Assembly: GCA_964016885.1 (NCBI GenBank) | Contig: OZ024743.1 | Coordinates: 83,452,001 to 83,516,000, forward strand | From: Eledone cirrhosa | Lineage: Eukaryota | Length of the DNA: 64,000 bases | Direction of reading: 5' to 3' | Shown here: positions 26,598 to 43,120 of the stretch, piece by piece | How positions within the stretch are numbered: the stretch's first letter is position 1 | Layout of the letters: each line of letters opens with the position of its first letter | Notes under the pieces: model-generated | Told to the model about the DNA's origin: nothing | Seen by the model: only the letters and a program-made list of their open reading frames with translations | Database searches by the model: none | Position numbers and translations under genes: made by a program

Positions 26598-26879
26598 AAG
26601 GTTGTAGGTCAACATCGTTGCAGCTGATGTTGTTGTGATTGTTGTTAATGTCATTTTGACATACGATGTGACATGAACATTTTAGATGATGTTGATGTTG
26701 TGTCTATTAATGCCATTTTGACATGGGGGTGTGGCTTGGAACTAGTCGATGTTTTGCATAGTAAAATGAGCTTAATTTTATCATTATGTGCTGTCAAATA
26801 ATTCTAATGTATTACTTACAATTAATTATGATACAGATTTTATATCACAATACATCGTTTAGAGTATAGAAAACATTGA

Positions 26880-29290
26880 GGAACATTTTTCTGGGGGCGA
26901 TGAACAGTTCCTGAGATTTTAGACCTAATTCTGGATATGTTTATGTCATTGACTCAGAAAATAGCATCCGTTTTGTCCCAGCAGCTCTAGTTTTCGAGAT
27001 ATCATAACACGTCATTACCTACTTTATTACCATTCCGGAATGGTGCTATGCGTTGCTTGTAAATAAACAGAGTCGCTAGAACGTCGGATAGAATGCTTTG
27101 CAGTATTTGTTTCGGTTTTCTGCTCTCTGAGTTCAAATCCCACCAATATCAACTTTGCCTTTCATCAATTCGAGGTAGATAAAAATGTACCAGTCACATA
27201 CTGGAGTCGATTCTTCCTCTATATCTTTTTCTCATTTCCATTCTCTCTCTATCCTTCGCTGGGAGAAATCTACTGTACTCAGACCTGGAGAGGAGAAGGG
27301 CTCGGCCAGGTTTTAAAATACTCTAGAAAGGCCATGTATAAATACGGCGCCTCTATGACTCACGCAGGAGTTACGTGACCATGCAATGCCATAATTTTGT
27401 CTGTTTTGCTGATGTATTTTACATGTGTGTTGTACTTGTAGCAACGTGAATTCTTTCAGGCTGCAGTGAAAACATGGCTTCATCATGACGAAAATGTTTA
27501 TATCATCCAAGTGTTTGTAATTATTATTATTATTGGTGAATTGGCAGTATCGGTAGAGGGTCGGGCATGCTTTCCAGCATAGTTACGTCCTTTACGATCT
27601 GAGTTCAAATCCCGCCGAGCTTAACTTTGCACTTCATCCTTACGGGGTCGATAAAATAAAGTACCAGTAATGTACTGGGTAATTGCTGGCCTTGTGCCAA
27701 AAGTAGAAACAATTATTATTTTCAGAGAATATAGATTCATTGAACAGAGAAACTATTAGTGATATTTTAAAAAGATCTTTTACTTTGCCTATTCCAGAGT
27801 ACGACTAGAAGCATAAGTACAATTAGGGGTAAAATAAGGCATGAGCTTCTCGTGTTGAGTGTAAAACCTATATGGTACATCTGAGGCAATGGAAAGAGGA
27901 GGTGCCTCAAATTTGGTATAGATAGAACAGAGAAACTACGGTGATGACTGTTACTTTTGTTTGGTGAATATAAAAGACATCAATGGACGTAACCGGGGAA
28001 AATAAACGTAACCGGAGTAAATGACGTAACAGGAGTAATGGACATATCATGACATAGAACGCTTTGAAGATGATGATGAATTAACTAATGACAATGAAAG
28101 CATATTTGAGAATAATGACAGTGATTTCGAAGGATTGTTATCAGTTGCAGAAGGTTTTATCAACACAAATTAAACGACCTCATGAGGGACTTAATTTTTT
28201 TTAAGAAATATCAATTGTTAGCCTCCTGGCTATTTACTGTTATCGGGGACCCAAATTATTTTATGTTGCGACCGAGAAAAGGATTTACAGTCCTCCTTCT
28301 CAAAAGCGAACGGTTGTCTTTTTCTGCAACAATGTTTGAAGATTGCTGTTGAAACCGGAAGTAGGTGGCAGACATTCACTAATAGCTCTGATTAGAGCCT
28401 AAAATATCTTCTCCCACACAATGGTAAAATATATAGATCAGTCCTAATTGGTCACTTAGTCGGTATGAGTGTGTTTGTGTGTCTGTGCGTATACTTTTGG
28501 TGAGCACTGTACACAATAATTTTCATTATATATTATATGAACACTGTGAGAAAGACCAGCATTTCTAGGATTCAATAAGCAATATTGGGGTATGTGCAGT
28601 GCATGAGCATCATTTAGTATGGTTGTGAACATAAGCGTATTGCTCCTATCATTTTTGGAGGTGCAGCTGTTCATAATTTTCAAAAAAAAATGACTAAGTT
28701 TAGAGAGTATACTGGGTACCTTTTTTGCGACACCAGCACAACTACTTTACAGACTTGAAGAGGTGTATTCTATGAAGGCAGCAACACCAACTATTTATAG
28801 GGGTACTGTGTATAGACATAAACATAAATATATTGTATATATAAATGTATATACACATACACAAATATATTGACAGTAGTAGAAGAAAACCAAATTTTCC
28901 GACAATTTTTGTTGGGCTGGAGTTGCACCCCTACGCACCCCCCAACAATATACCACTAGTTGTGAAGAGTTTTCTTGGAAACTATAATCTCTCTTCGTTT
29001 CGTAAACTTGACTATAACTGCACTAACTCCACGGCTATTTATGTGGTTTCCCTGATAACCTCGGTAATCTAAGTGAGGAACAGGAAGAACGATTTCACCA
29101 AGACATGAGGACTATGAAAGAACAGTATCGCGTATGATATGGTGCTCACACAATGGCAGATTACTGCTGAATCATCCCACATGAATATCCAGGTTATTTC
29201 GTTGCAGGAAATCTCAGAAAAGCCCAGAAAATCTCATACGGTTCATATATGAGATATCTCAATGAAAAACCTTTTTTCTTTTTGTCATTC
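26880..29290 (+). mobile_element. Decayed DNA transposon, CMC/Chapaev3-like transposase pseudogene with nested SINEs
   Basis: MASS*RKCLYHP (27474), DDCYFCLVNIK (about 27943), NSSD*SLKYLLPHNGK..SVLIGH (about 28380), FPDNLGNLSEEQEERFHQDMRTMKEQY...MADYC (about 29050-29168). Confidence 0.75.
27535..27715 (+). mobile_element. SINE family A; a more diverged copy lies at about 27060-27210
   Basis: Match to the family core. Confidence 0.85.
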
Positions 29291-29334
29291 GTGTCTCAAA
29301 CTTGTTTGAAATTAATAAATATTTTCCGTACATA

Positions 29335-29871
29335 ATAGTTATTTAATGTTAATACACTATTGTTGGTGACATTGGTGACATTCCCCACACGTTTGTATTC
29401 AGGTGGCAACAGCTGTGATTGTGATTGTCAGCAATTATATAATATTGCATTATATATATATATATATATTTAAAAGAATAGAGGTGTAACACACGAGTTG
29501 TGATATATTGGTAAAAGGAAAAAAAAATGCTGAATAATTGTTCCCAGTGAAAAATAGTTTAATTAGGAATAAGTAAAAATTAGTAATAAGTATTGGTTAG
29601 TATTCAGTTTTAGTTTTAAGCTTTTACCGGTTGCGCATTTCTAATGCTTTTCAAAAATAATTTTGAATGGACTCTCACACACACCTTGGTGTTATGACGG
29701 TGTGTGTGAGTGTCACTCAAAATTATTTTTGAAAAGCATTAGAAATGTGCAACCGGTAAAATCTTAAAACTAAAACTGAATACTAACCAATACTTATTAC
29801 TAATTTTTGCTTATTCCTAATTAAACTATTTTTCACTGGGAACAATTTGTCAGCATTTTCTTTTCCTTTTA

Positions 29872-29927
<56 letters not shown>

Positions 29928-30037
29928 TACATATATATAATATGCAATATTATATAATTGCTGGCAATCACAACTGTTGCCACCTGAATACAAACGTGTG
30001 GGGAATGTAAGCAACAATAGTGTATTAACATTAAATA

Positions 30038-30043
<6 letters not shown>
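29335..30043. mobile_element. Nested palindrome: hammerhead-family fold-back (about 29469-29878) inside a second pair of inverted arms
   Basis: Inner arms 29503-29684 / 29698-29878; outer arms 29335-29455 / 29933-30043; each inner arm reads attt-UUGAAAA-gcat(tagaa)atgc/t-GCAA-ccgg-UA-aaa. Confidence 0.8.
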
Positions 30044-30074
<31 letters not shown>

Positions 30075-30079
<5 letters not shown>

Positions 30080-30377
30080 AAAAAGAGATGAAATCGAAAA
30101 TGCAACTGGAGTCTTATTTAAAAAAAAAATATATATATTTATTTGGTTCCTGTGGTTTTTCTCACATCTCAGATGTAAGAAAAACCACAGACCCTCCATC
30201 TCAACTTACCTTTTGAAAAGCAGAAGAACTGCGAAACCGGTAAAGGAACTAAATAAATATATATATTTAAAAAAAAAAAAAAACTCCAGTTGCATTTTTG
30301 ATTTCATCTTTTTTTCTTTATACTTTCACTCGTGTAGGACACCTCGGTTATTTTTCATTTTGTAAAAAAAACCTCAC

Positions 30378-30384
<7 letters not shown>
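30075..30384 (+). mobile_element. Fold-back element, same family as 50564-50929, with a deleted left arm
   Basis: Same apex and right-hand tail as 50564-50929; inserted in (TA)n. Confidence 0.8.
30209..30246 (+). ncRNA. 38-nt minimal type I hammerhead, U3-A8 core
   Basis: cctt-UUGAAAA-gcag(aagaa)ctgc-GAAA-ccgg-UA-aagg. Confidence 0.75.
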
Positions 30385-30476
<92 letters not shown>

Positions 30477-30482
30477 CATATA

Positions 30483-30578
<96 letters not shown>

Positions 30579-30651
30579 TTTCGGGTTTGATCGGGGTAAC
30601 CACAGTGAGTAAGATACTCAATATATTAGTAGAGTGTGAACATCAAGTTTA

Positions 30652-30693
<42 letters not shown>

Positions 30694-30964
30694 TGAGAGA
30701 GAGAGCGAGCGGGGAGAGAGAGAGAGAGTGAGAGAGAGCGAGCGGAGAGAGAGAGAGAGTGAGATAGAGAGAAATCCCCAATATGGGAGAGGCGTTACAA
30801 ATCGGTTGTTTTATACCCCGTAGATAGAGCAATCTTCAATTCCAGGAGCGTGTTTTGCAAGTGCCCCTTTCTTCATTTCGCTCTCTTCCTCAACCTAGAG
30901 GTTTGTATACAAAGAAGGCCCCATTACTCGGGACATACAGATAGATAGATAGATAGATAGATAT

Positions 30965-31473
30965 ATTTCTTTATTAGCCACAGGGGCACAAAAGAAGGGG
31001 ACAAATACAAAGGGGGAAGTTTACATACAATAAAAACGTGTAAAATGTTATCACAGATGGAATTTAAAAGTTAGTCGATTTTCCCCAATAGAGGGAGACA
31101 GTTTATATGGGTAACACATACCCCCGAAAAAAAATGTGCAACCCTCATCTCCAGGAGTACGAAGAGTTTGTACTCCTTTCCTCTCCTCGTCCTTTTCCTC
31201 AACCTACAGGCTGATATAGAGAGAAGGCCCATTCACTCGGGCCATTCTCGCCACTTTCACCCACCTTTCATAAAACTTGCTGGGGTACAGCACCTCTCTC
31301 TCCATCCTGATTCTTCTTCCAAAGTGGTATTTGAAAAAAAGAATCAGTTGTTGGCCGGAGAGAAAGGTGTCTGACCTCAGCCCTTTCAACCTTGTCCACC
31401 ATACAACCTCTTTCGCCATAGCTATCACACAAAGGAAAACCGCCTCTCCTTCGTTTTTGAAGGAGGGTGGCGG
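30965..31473 (-). mobile_element. 3' end of an L1/Tx1-like LINE inserted in (ATCT)n
   Basis: ORF end AMAKEVVWWTR...FFKYHFGRRIRMER...FYERWVKVARMARVNG; 3' end gtggctaataaagaaat followed by (atct)n; relative at 43349-43862. Confidence 0.6.
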
Positions 31474-31539
<66 letters not shown>

Positions 31540-31577
31540 TATGTAGAGGGGGAGAGAGACAGAGATGGAGAGAGAGA

Positions 31578-31623
<46 letters not shown>

Positions 31624-31870
31624 AAGAAAGAGAGAGATAGAGAGAGAGGGAGAGAAAGAGAGAGAAAGAGGGAGAGAGAGAAAGAGAGAGAGAGAGAGAG
31701 TGTGTATGTGTATATATAGGGGAAGAGAGAGGTGGTGACAGACCGAAGAAAGAAAGTATGATAAGCGGGAAACCCACATTTAGAATGATGTGGAGATAGG
31801 AAGCTGGACAAGGTATAATTACTTGAACATGTGTAGATAATGTGTCGGTCTGAATATAATGCATGTAGCT

Positions 31871-32015
<145 letters not shown>

Positions 32016-32114
32016 ATAGATATATATATATAAGTAAACTTGTAGCTTTATAATATATATATATGTATGTGTGTGTGTACGTATATATACATATATATAT
32101 ATACAAGTAAACTT

Positions 32115-32605
32115 GGTGGGGTTGCCGGTTTAGTCGCCGACGACCCGACCATGCGACAGGTTGTAACCCAGTACAACCTGTCGCATGGTCGGGTCGTCGG
32201 CGACTAAAGCGGCAACCCCACCAGGTTTACTTGGCGAGGGGGGTGATTTTGGACACCCTGCAGGACAAAAAACAAAACCTGACAAAGGGCGGAAGAACTC
32301 ATAAAAGTCAACGGCCATCCGAAATTGTCCAAATATGTATGTACACATGTACCGCACGGTTAAACCACTGGGAATAAAGGACCCTTAGCCTTTGTCAGGG
32401 CATTCTTCTAGGAGAAGGCAACTCAGGAAACTGGGATAACTCCGATATAAAAACTGCGGCTCAGTAGTTACCGATGATATTGATCTTTTTCTTCTTTTCG
32501 GGTTATAGCTACTGTCGCTCAGAGAGTGGGATTGGCTCAGTGCACAGTCTTTCCTCACTTTAAAAAATATCTTCATGCACAGGCATTGCACGATAGAATT
32601 AATTA
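32115..32605 (+). mobile_element. RTE 5' UTR-like non-autonomous element with a 5' fold-back; partial second copy at 33520-33765
   Basis: Homologous to 14080-14460; 50-bp inverted arms at 32115-32223. Confidence 0.6.
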
Positions 32606-32696
32606 ATAATTATAAATAATTGTTTCTACTTTTTGGCACAAGGCCAGCAATTACCCAGTACATTACTGCTACTTAATAATTATTAATAATGATATA

Positions 32697-32878
32697 TTGG
32701 CAGTATCGGTAGAAGGTCGGACGCCATGCTTTGATGCCTTGAGTTACGGCCCTTGCCATTCTGAGTTCAAATCTCGCCGAGGTTAACTTTGCTTTTCATC
32801 CTTACGGGGTCGATAAAATAAAGTACCAGTAATACACTGGGTAATTGCTGGCCTTGTGCCAAAAGTAGAAACAATTAT
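32697..32878 (+). mobile_element. SINE family A
   Basis: Match to the family; an inverted tail fragment lies at 32618-32672. Confidence 0.85.
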
Positions 32879-32941
32879 TAATAATGGTATATCGTGCAAT
32901 GGCCATACTCGATAACGAGGGGGCAGCCATCATATATATAC

Positions 32942-33002
<61 letters not shown>

Positions 33003-33048
33003 CGTATATAAGGGTATGGGCGCTCGTACGTGTGTGTGTGCGCGTATG

Positions 33049-33082
<34 letters not shown>

Positions 33083-34129
33083 TGTATATGTGTGTATGTA
33101 CATGTATGTTTATGCATGTATGTATGTTCTTCTGGTTTCATTAATTTTAAGATGTTTACCAATAGAGAGCGAGTCGGACTCCACCATAAATACAAGACTC
33201 TTTCATGGGAATTTAGACAATATCAACTAGGTAGATATATATATCTGTATGCGTGCGTGTGTGTGTGTGCAGGTATGGATGTTATTGTATGTGTGGATAT
33301 GCATGTTTTGAGTTATATGTGTGCATGTGCATATGTTTTGTATTTATATATGCATATATACACTTATTATATATACGTGTATGTATGTATGCATATACGT
33401 GTATGTATGTATATATGTATGCATGCATGGATGCATGTATGTATGTACGTGAGTATGTATACATGTATGTGCGTAGGTATGTATATATGCATGCTTGTAT
33501 CATATATGTATGTATGTATGTTAAACCACTGGGAGTGAAGGACCCCTAACCTTTGTCAGGGCATTCTTCTAGGAGAAGGCAACTCAGGAAACTGGTATAA
33601 CTCCGCCATAAATCCTGCGGCTCAGTAGTTACCGATGATATTGATCTTTTCTTCTTTTCGGGTTATAGCTACTGTCGCTCAGAGAGTGGGATTGGCTCAG
33701 TGCACAGTCTTTCCTCACTTTAAAAAAAATCTTCACCCACAGGCATTGCAGGATAGAATTAATTAATAATTATTAATAATGTTATATCGTGCAATAGCCT
33801 TACTCGATAACGAGAGGTCAGCCATCATGTATGTATATATGTATGGACCCGTAACTTCTGATGGAATCGCAAGAATGCCGTCATTACATATAGCGGGCCA
33901 TGGGAAGCTTTTAATCCTGGCGAATTGGAAGTTTCAATACAGCCAATTTCTTCTAGATAGAGAGAGAGAGAGGGGGGGGGGGAAGAAGTCGTGAGGAAGA
34001 GATATGGAGGAAATTTCGATCTCAGTACTGGACTGGCTTTTTTATTGTATTCCGAAAGATGAAAGGGCAAGTTATCCTTGGTGGTGTTTGAACTCAGATA
34101 ACAAAACATTCTATCCGGCGCATAATCTA

Positions 34130-36500
<2,371 letters not shown>

Positions 36501-36625
36501 TAAAATAACAGATTAAACTTTAATCTGTTATTTTAATAAATATTTGCTCTTCGGTTCTTATATATTTGATATATATTTTCCTTATCGAGCCCTCATTGGA
36601 TTTTAGTCTTCAATTTTATTATTAT

Positions 36626-37230
<605 letters not shown>

Positions 37231-37321
37231 CGTGCGTGTATATATATATATTGTTGGATTTCACTTCAATCTAGTGTAAACTCCCTGTCGGTTAGTTTAA
37301 CAACCGGATAGTTGTGTTTGG

Positions 37322-37449
<128 letters not shown>

Positions 37450-37614
37450 AATTAAGTGCTATATAAAGGGATGTGTGTGTGTATGCAAATTATATAAAAT
37501 GCACCTCTATCGGTTTCGGCATGTGTTACTAGTTGTTTTAACAACAGAATAGCCTACTAGAGGAATTTCTCTACTAATGGTTGAGTATTCCACAGACATG
37601 TGTACATTTAGCGT

Positions 37615-38190
37615 AATTCTGAGAGTAAGGGTGTTGAACTTACGATCATAATGCCGTGGGTACGATTCCTGGCTGGACAGGGTTGTGTGCTGTGTTCTTG
37701 AGCAAAACACTTTATTTAACGTTGTTCCAGTATACTCAGCTGAAAATGAATACCAACAACTTTAGATAACACGGTATTAGGAGTAAAGTCTATGTTATAT
37801 TATTGTGTAAGTGGCTGAGGGCGGTGGATTGGCAGTATCGGTAGAGGGTCGGACGCCATGTTAGGGCGGTGGATTGGCAGTATCGGTAGAGGGTCGGACG
37901 CCATGCTTTGCAGCATAGAGTTACGGCTCTTTATGATCTGAGCTCAAATCCCGCCGAGGTTAACTTTGCCTTTCATCCTTATGGGGTCGATAAAATAAAT
38001 TACCAGTCACGCACTGGGGTCGATTTAATCGACTTTCCCCTCCCCCCAAATTACTGGCCTTGTGCCTATATAAGAAACCATTATTGTGTAAGTGGCTGAG
38101 TACTCTACAGACATGTCTACAGATGACATTATTCTCAGTCAGATTCAGCATGACAACAACATTCCATCCGACAAGCATCCAAAGAGTTTC
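37615..38190 (+). mobile_element. SINE cluster: family B at 37615-37760, family A with a duplicated head at 37819-38083
   Basis: A and B boxes and core matches; tandem 45-bp head duplication. Confidence 0.75.
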
Positions 38191-38339
38191 TATCTATCTA
38201 ATGTGTAATACACACACACACACATTCAGAATACATCTACTTATATTTTGAATATGTACCACTGTTACAAGTCACACGGTATTTTCTGAGGCCTATAATA
38301 CATATATATATATATACATATACATATATATATATATAT

Positions 38340-38997
38340 ATCTTTTCCTATTACCCACTCTACTACCCGAAGTAACGAGTACTCTGGTGGGTTATGGTCC
38401 ACCTGGTTTTTTACGACACCCTATCTGATATATATATATAACGAAGGAGAATTGGTAAAGTAGTCAATACTTAGGGTAGTAGAGTGGGTAATAGGAAAAG
38501 GTATGACCCCGACGTCAGAGCTCAAGACGTTTCGACGGCTATTTCTGGACTAAATTAGAATTTTTAGCCTGGTAAATAAATAGCCGAACTTATCAAAGGA
38601 AGATTGTAGATGTCAAGAGGATTGGTCAAAATTTGTTGTAAACACAAGTAAGTCTATCATGGCATTTGGTGGTAGGTAGGGGTGGCTGAACTTGCCTATA
38701 GAACAATGAGGGAGTGAGTTGAGCCGGTCAAGCGTTGAAAGTGATATCTATGCAGCAGATTCTAAGGATAGTGTATGAAAAGTCGAAGAATTATTCTGAA
38801 GAAAAATGGAGGAGGGAGGGTATAGAATAGGTAAATCAGATGAGAGTAAGAGTATTCCACTATTATATTTGGTAAGGTGAGAGAAGCTCTAAGCACACTA
38901 AAATCCTCAGCTCATAGAAAGTTTAAAACAGACGAAAGTTTTTGTTGTTGAGGACAGTTCAGGTATCGGAGTATTAATGGATTTAAGTTAACCATGG

Positions 38998-39000
<3 letters not shown>
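38340..39000 (-). mobile_element. Diverged Penelope pLTR related to 9087-9909, with an inverted tail fragment at 38342-38428
   Basis: Colinear with 9087-9500; contains a U3A8 hammerhead at 38506-38601. Confidence 0.75.
38506..38601 (-). ncRNA. Type I hammerhead, U3-A8 core
   Basis: tcct-UUGAUAA-gttcggctattt...aaatagccgtc-GAAA-cgtc(ttgagctct)gacg-UC-gggg. Confidence 0.7.
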
Positions 39001-39066
<66 letters not shown>

Positions 39067-39070
<4 letters not shown>

Positions 39071-39218
39071 AACGATGGCTAATTCTGGAATTAGCCGTCG
39101 AAACGGCTTGAGCTCAGCCGTCGGGGTCCTACTCGTTCCTATTACCCACTCTACTACCCTAAGTATTGAGTAATTTGGTGTGTTATGGTCCATCTGGTTC
39201 CGTACAATATTTCCTTCG

Positions 39219-39221
<3 letters not shown>
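39067..39221 (+). mobile_element. Penelope pLTR 3' end with a short fold-back in hammerhead stem II
   Basis: gatggctaattc-tg-gaattagccgtc then GAAA...GUC and the family tail. Confidence 0.75.
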
Positions 39222-39254
<33 letters not shown>

Positions 39255-39283
39255 GTGGTTACACAACAGTTAGTTCACCATAC

Positions 39284-39321
39284 CGAGAACAATTGTTTCA
39301 CCTTAACGGATCCTCAGCTCG
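39284..39321 (-). ncRNA. Minimal type I hammerhead
   Basis: cgag-CUGAGGA-tcc(gtta)aggt-GAAA-caattg-UU-ctcg. Confidence 0.7.
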
Positions 39322-39360
39322 TAATGGACATGGTTATACGGAACAGGAAGGATCTCTCTT

Positions 39361-39561
39361 TTTATTCTTCCACCGGGACAGGTTCGACTTGGTCCTAATG
39401 GTCTTAACTATGTATCTAAGTATGGCCTTACTGACTAGTCCCATATCTGTGCGTGCCTGGTTTATTAGTCTACATGTGGGGTTAGAAGTAAAGTTTACCT
39501 TGTGATCTTTCAGGGTGAGGAACGCCTCTCGCTTAGCTAGAGATTGTAGCTTCTTATCTAC
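39361..39561 (-). pseudogene. Fragment of a Penelope-like (Naiad-type) reverse transcriptase N-terminal region
   Basis: Manual translation VDKKLQSLAKREAFLTLKDHKVNFTSNPTCRLINQARTDMGLVSKAILRYIVKTIRTKSNLSRWKNK; not in the ORF track. Confidence 0.75.
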
Positions 39562-39667
39562 AATTGTTCTCGGTATGGTGAACTAACTGTTGTGAAACCA
39601 CTTCTACCTAACTCGTCCCATGGACTGACTGCTCTACCACTACGGATATTATCTTCCAGTGTTCTAC

Positions 39668-39722
<55 letters not shown>

Positions 39723-39815
39723 CTGTATAAATAATACAGAGTGAGTAACAGTGACCGCACCAACATGTAAACATGCCAGAAAATACGAATTCCCTGAATT
39801 GAAAAAATGATAAAC

Positions 39816-39860
39816 ATCTTTAATCGATTTTCGAAGTCTATTGAACCCTCATCAGAAGAC
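39816..39860 (-). ncRNA. Minimal type I hammerhead inside a short TA-flanked element (39720-39898)
   Basis: gtctt-CUGAUGA-gggttc(aata)gacttc-GAAA-atcgat-UA-aagat. Confidence 0.7.
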
Positions 39861-39924
39861 GTGGATATCTTCCAATCAACCACAAGGCATTAGATGGGTA
39901 TATATATATATATATATATGAATC

Positions 39925-40120
39925 AGTCAGGACCCCGACGGCTGAGCTCCGGCCGTTTCGACAGCTAGATCCGAACAGTTCGGATCTAGCTGTCGAAACG
40001 GACGGAGCTCAGCCGTCGGGGTCCTGACTTGTTTCCTATCACCCACTCTACTACCCTAAGTATTGAGTACTCTGGTGCGTTATGGTCCATCTGGTATCTT
40101 ACCACACCCTCTTTGTTATA
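39925..40120 (+). mobile_element. Fold-back Penelope pLTR end (apex 39977, tail on the right arm)
   Basis: Same family and apex position as 7870-8080. Confidence 0.8.
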
Positions 40121-40160
40121 TAGTCTTGTCACCCATTGCCACATATTGTTTTAACTTTCA

Positions 40161-40532
40161 ACGATCTGAGTTCAAATCCCGCCGAGGTTGACTTTGCCTT
40201 TCATCCTTACGGGGTCGATAAAATAAAGTACCAGTAATGAACTGGGTAATTTCTGGCCTTGTGCCTAAAGTAGAAACAATTATTTTTTGAGGTCGATAAA
40301 ATAAAGTACCAGTAATGCACTGGGTAATTGCTGGCCTTGTGCCAAAAGTAGAAACAATTATTTTTTGAGGGTCGGACGCCATGCTTTGACGCATAGAGTT
40401 ACGGCCCTTGCCATTCTGAGTTCAAATCCCGCCGAGTCAACTTTGCCTTTCATCCTTACAAAATCGATAAAATAAAGTACCAGTAATGTACTGAGTAATT
40501 GCTGGCCTTGTGCCAAAAAGTAGAAACAATTA
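40161..40532 (+). mobile_element. Tandem cluster of three truncated SINE family A copies
   Basis: Units joined through gaaacaattattttttgagg. Confidence 0.8.
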
Positions 40533-40562
40533 ATTATAATATATAATAATAGAAATATAATT

Positions 40563-40782
40563 TTCTATTTCAGAGCTCCTACAGTTTGGAAGAGAGGCAG
40601 CTTGCAAGCGTATGGACACGTGATCGTGTGCATTCTGGCAAGAGCATGGAGGATGTGCGACATGACTTCATTGCAAGATTCGGCAAACCAGCTCCTCCGA
40701 AGAGGACAATACTGCGATGGGAACATAAACTGTTTCTCATTACCTTTTGGTAGAGGGTGACAAGACTTTCGGACCACCCTGT
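40563..40782 (-). mobile_element. Tc1/mariner-like terminal fragment
   Basis: Minus strand starts TA|cagggtggtccgaaagtc at a (TA)n tract; no second TIR seen. Confidence 0.45.
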
Positions 40783-41089
40783 ATATATATATATATCCAT
40801 ATCTTCATAGTATTATTCTGATATTTGCTGGCCTTGTGCCTAAAGTAGAAACAATTATTCTGAAATGGACAAACTAATTTGTGCTCAATTAGCGTTCGTG
40901 TTTGTGATTAATTAAGATATATATTAAGAAGTGTGCTAACAGCCGACATCATAATCTATAATGTATGATAAAGTTATATGTATAAATAGTGTATTTATGC
41001 ACCAGCGTGTATAAATATGTATACATATCTTATATTTATCATTTATTTCAATTTACAGAGAAATTCGTGTTTTCTGGCATGTTTACTTG

Positions 41090-41138
<49 letters not shown>

Positions 41139-41201
41139 TAATTACACCAAGCAAATTAGGTTTAAGTGAAACAGCAGATATATATGTGTGTGTGTGTATG
41201 A

Positions 41202-41290
<89 letters not shown>

Positions 41291-41411
41291 GTATGTGTGT
41301 GTGTATGTGTGTGTGTGTAATGATAGTAATTTCTATGAGAATGGAGTTGCCAATTTTGTTTTGATTTTTAAACAACTTTCGTTTTCATTCTTAAAATAAG
41401 GAAATGATTTG

Positions 41412-42510
41412 AACAAAACTATCACCAACACCACCACATGACCACTACCACTAACACTACCACCACTACTACAACAACAACAAAACTATCACCAACACCA
41501 CCACATGACCACTACCACTAACACTACCACCACTACTACAACAACAACAAAACTATCACCAACACCAGAACATGACCACTACCACTACCACTAACACTAC
41601 CACCACTACTACAACAACAACAAAACTATCACCAACACCAGAACATGACCACTACCACTAACACTACCACCACTACTACAACAACAACAAAACTATCACC
41701 AACACCAGAACATGACCACTACCACTAATACCACCACCACTACTACAACAACAACAAAACTATCACCAACACCACAACATGATCCACTACCACTAACACT
41801 ACCACCACTACTACACAACAACAAAACTATCACCAACACCAACACATGATCACTACCACTAATACCACCACCACTACTACAACAACAACAAAACTATCAC
41901 CAACACCACAACATAACCATGACCACTAATACCACCACCACTACTACAACAACAACAAAACTATCACCAACACCAACACATGACCACTACCACTAATACC
42001 ACCACCACTACTACAACAACAACAAAACTATCACCAACACCACAACATAACCATGACCACTAATACCACCACCACTACTACAACAACAACAAAACTATCA
42101 CCAACACCAACACATGACCACTACCACTAATACCACCACCACTACTACAACAACAACAAAACTATCACCATCACCAACACAACATAACCACTATCACAAA
42201 TACTACCACCACTACTACTACTACAACAACAACAAAACTATCACCAACACCAACACATGACTACTTCAACTAATACTACCACCACTACTACAACAACAAC
42301 AAAACTATCACCAACACCACAACATGACCACTACCACTAATACCACCACCACTACTACAACAACAACAAAACTATCACCAACACATGATCACTACCAGTA
42401 ATACCACCACCGCTACAACAACATCGACAATAATACCACAAACATCAATAAAACAACTACACTAACAACACCACCACCACCACCACCACCATCACCACCA
42501 CCACAACCAC
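41412..42510. repeat. ~67-bp minisatellite built from CAC/CAA/CTA triplets, about 15 units
   Basis: aacaaaactatcacc recurs at 41412, 41479, 41546 and onward. Confidence 0.9.
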
Positions 42511-42511
42511 T

Positions 42512-43120
42512 TCTCTCGGGTCCCATATAATAAGGTGGGGTGATATAAGCAGGTGTGTGAAAAATTAGCAACTTTTTTAGGTTATCTTCCTTGATTTTTT
42601 AAAAATCAAAGTTAGTCATTTAGTTTACATATTGAGACCCCAACCCATCCTATATTTTATAACGTATGGGATTTCTAGTAATGTAGTTTTTTGTCATATA
42701 TAATTGCTTTTACTTTTGGCACAAGGTCAGCAATTACCCAGTACATTACTGGTAATTTATCTTATCGACCAAGTAAGGATGAAAGGCAAAGTCAACCTCG
42801 GCGGGATCTGAACTCAGATCGTAAAGGGACGTAACTATGCTGCAAAGCATGGCGTCCGACCCTCTAGCGATACTGCCAATCCACCGATAATGTTTTTTTT
42901 TAATGTATAAAGAAAATTATTAGTCACAGGAATGCTACCACTTAAAATAAAATTTCGCTGGAAATAGACTAGTAAAATTTAATAAGCGGTGGTGGTGGTG
43001 GTGGTGGTGGTGGTGGGTGTAGTGGGGGTGATATAAATGGGGTTGGTAAGGGGGGGTTGGAAAAATCTGAAAAATTAATAATAGTGGGGGTGGGGTACTA
43101 TTATTCGTGACACGAGAGTA
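42512..43120. mobile_element. MITE-like element with a nested SINE family A copy (42700-42887, minus strand)
   Basis: Imperfect TIRs ctctcgggtcccatataata / tattattcgtgacacgagag. Confidence 0.5.

Larger units (their letters stand above)
39250..39671 (-). mobile_element. Mini PLE: inverted ends, a hammerhead and an internal RT fragment
   Basis: 39250-39297 is inverted relative to 39560-39607; hammerhead at 39284-39321; RT peptide at 39361-39561. Confidence 0.8.
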
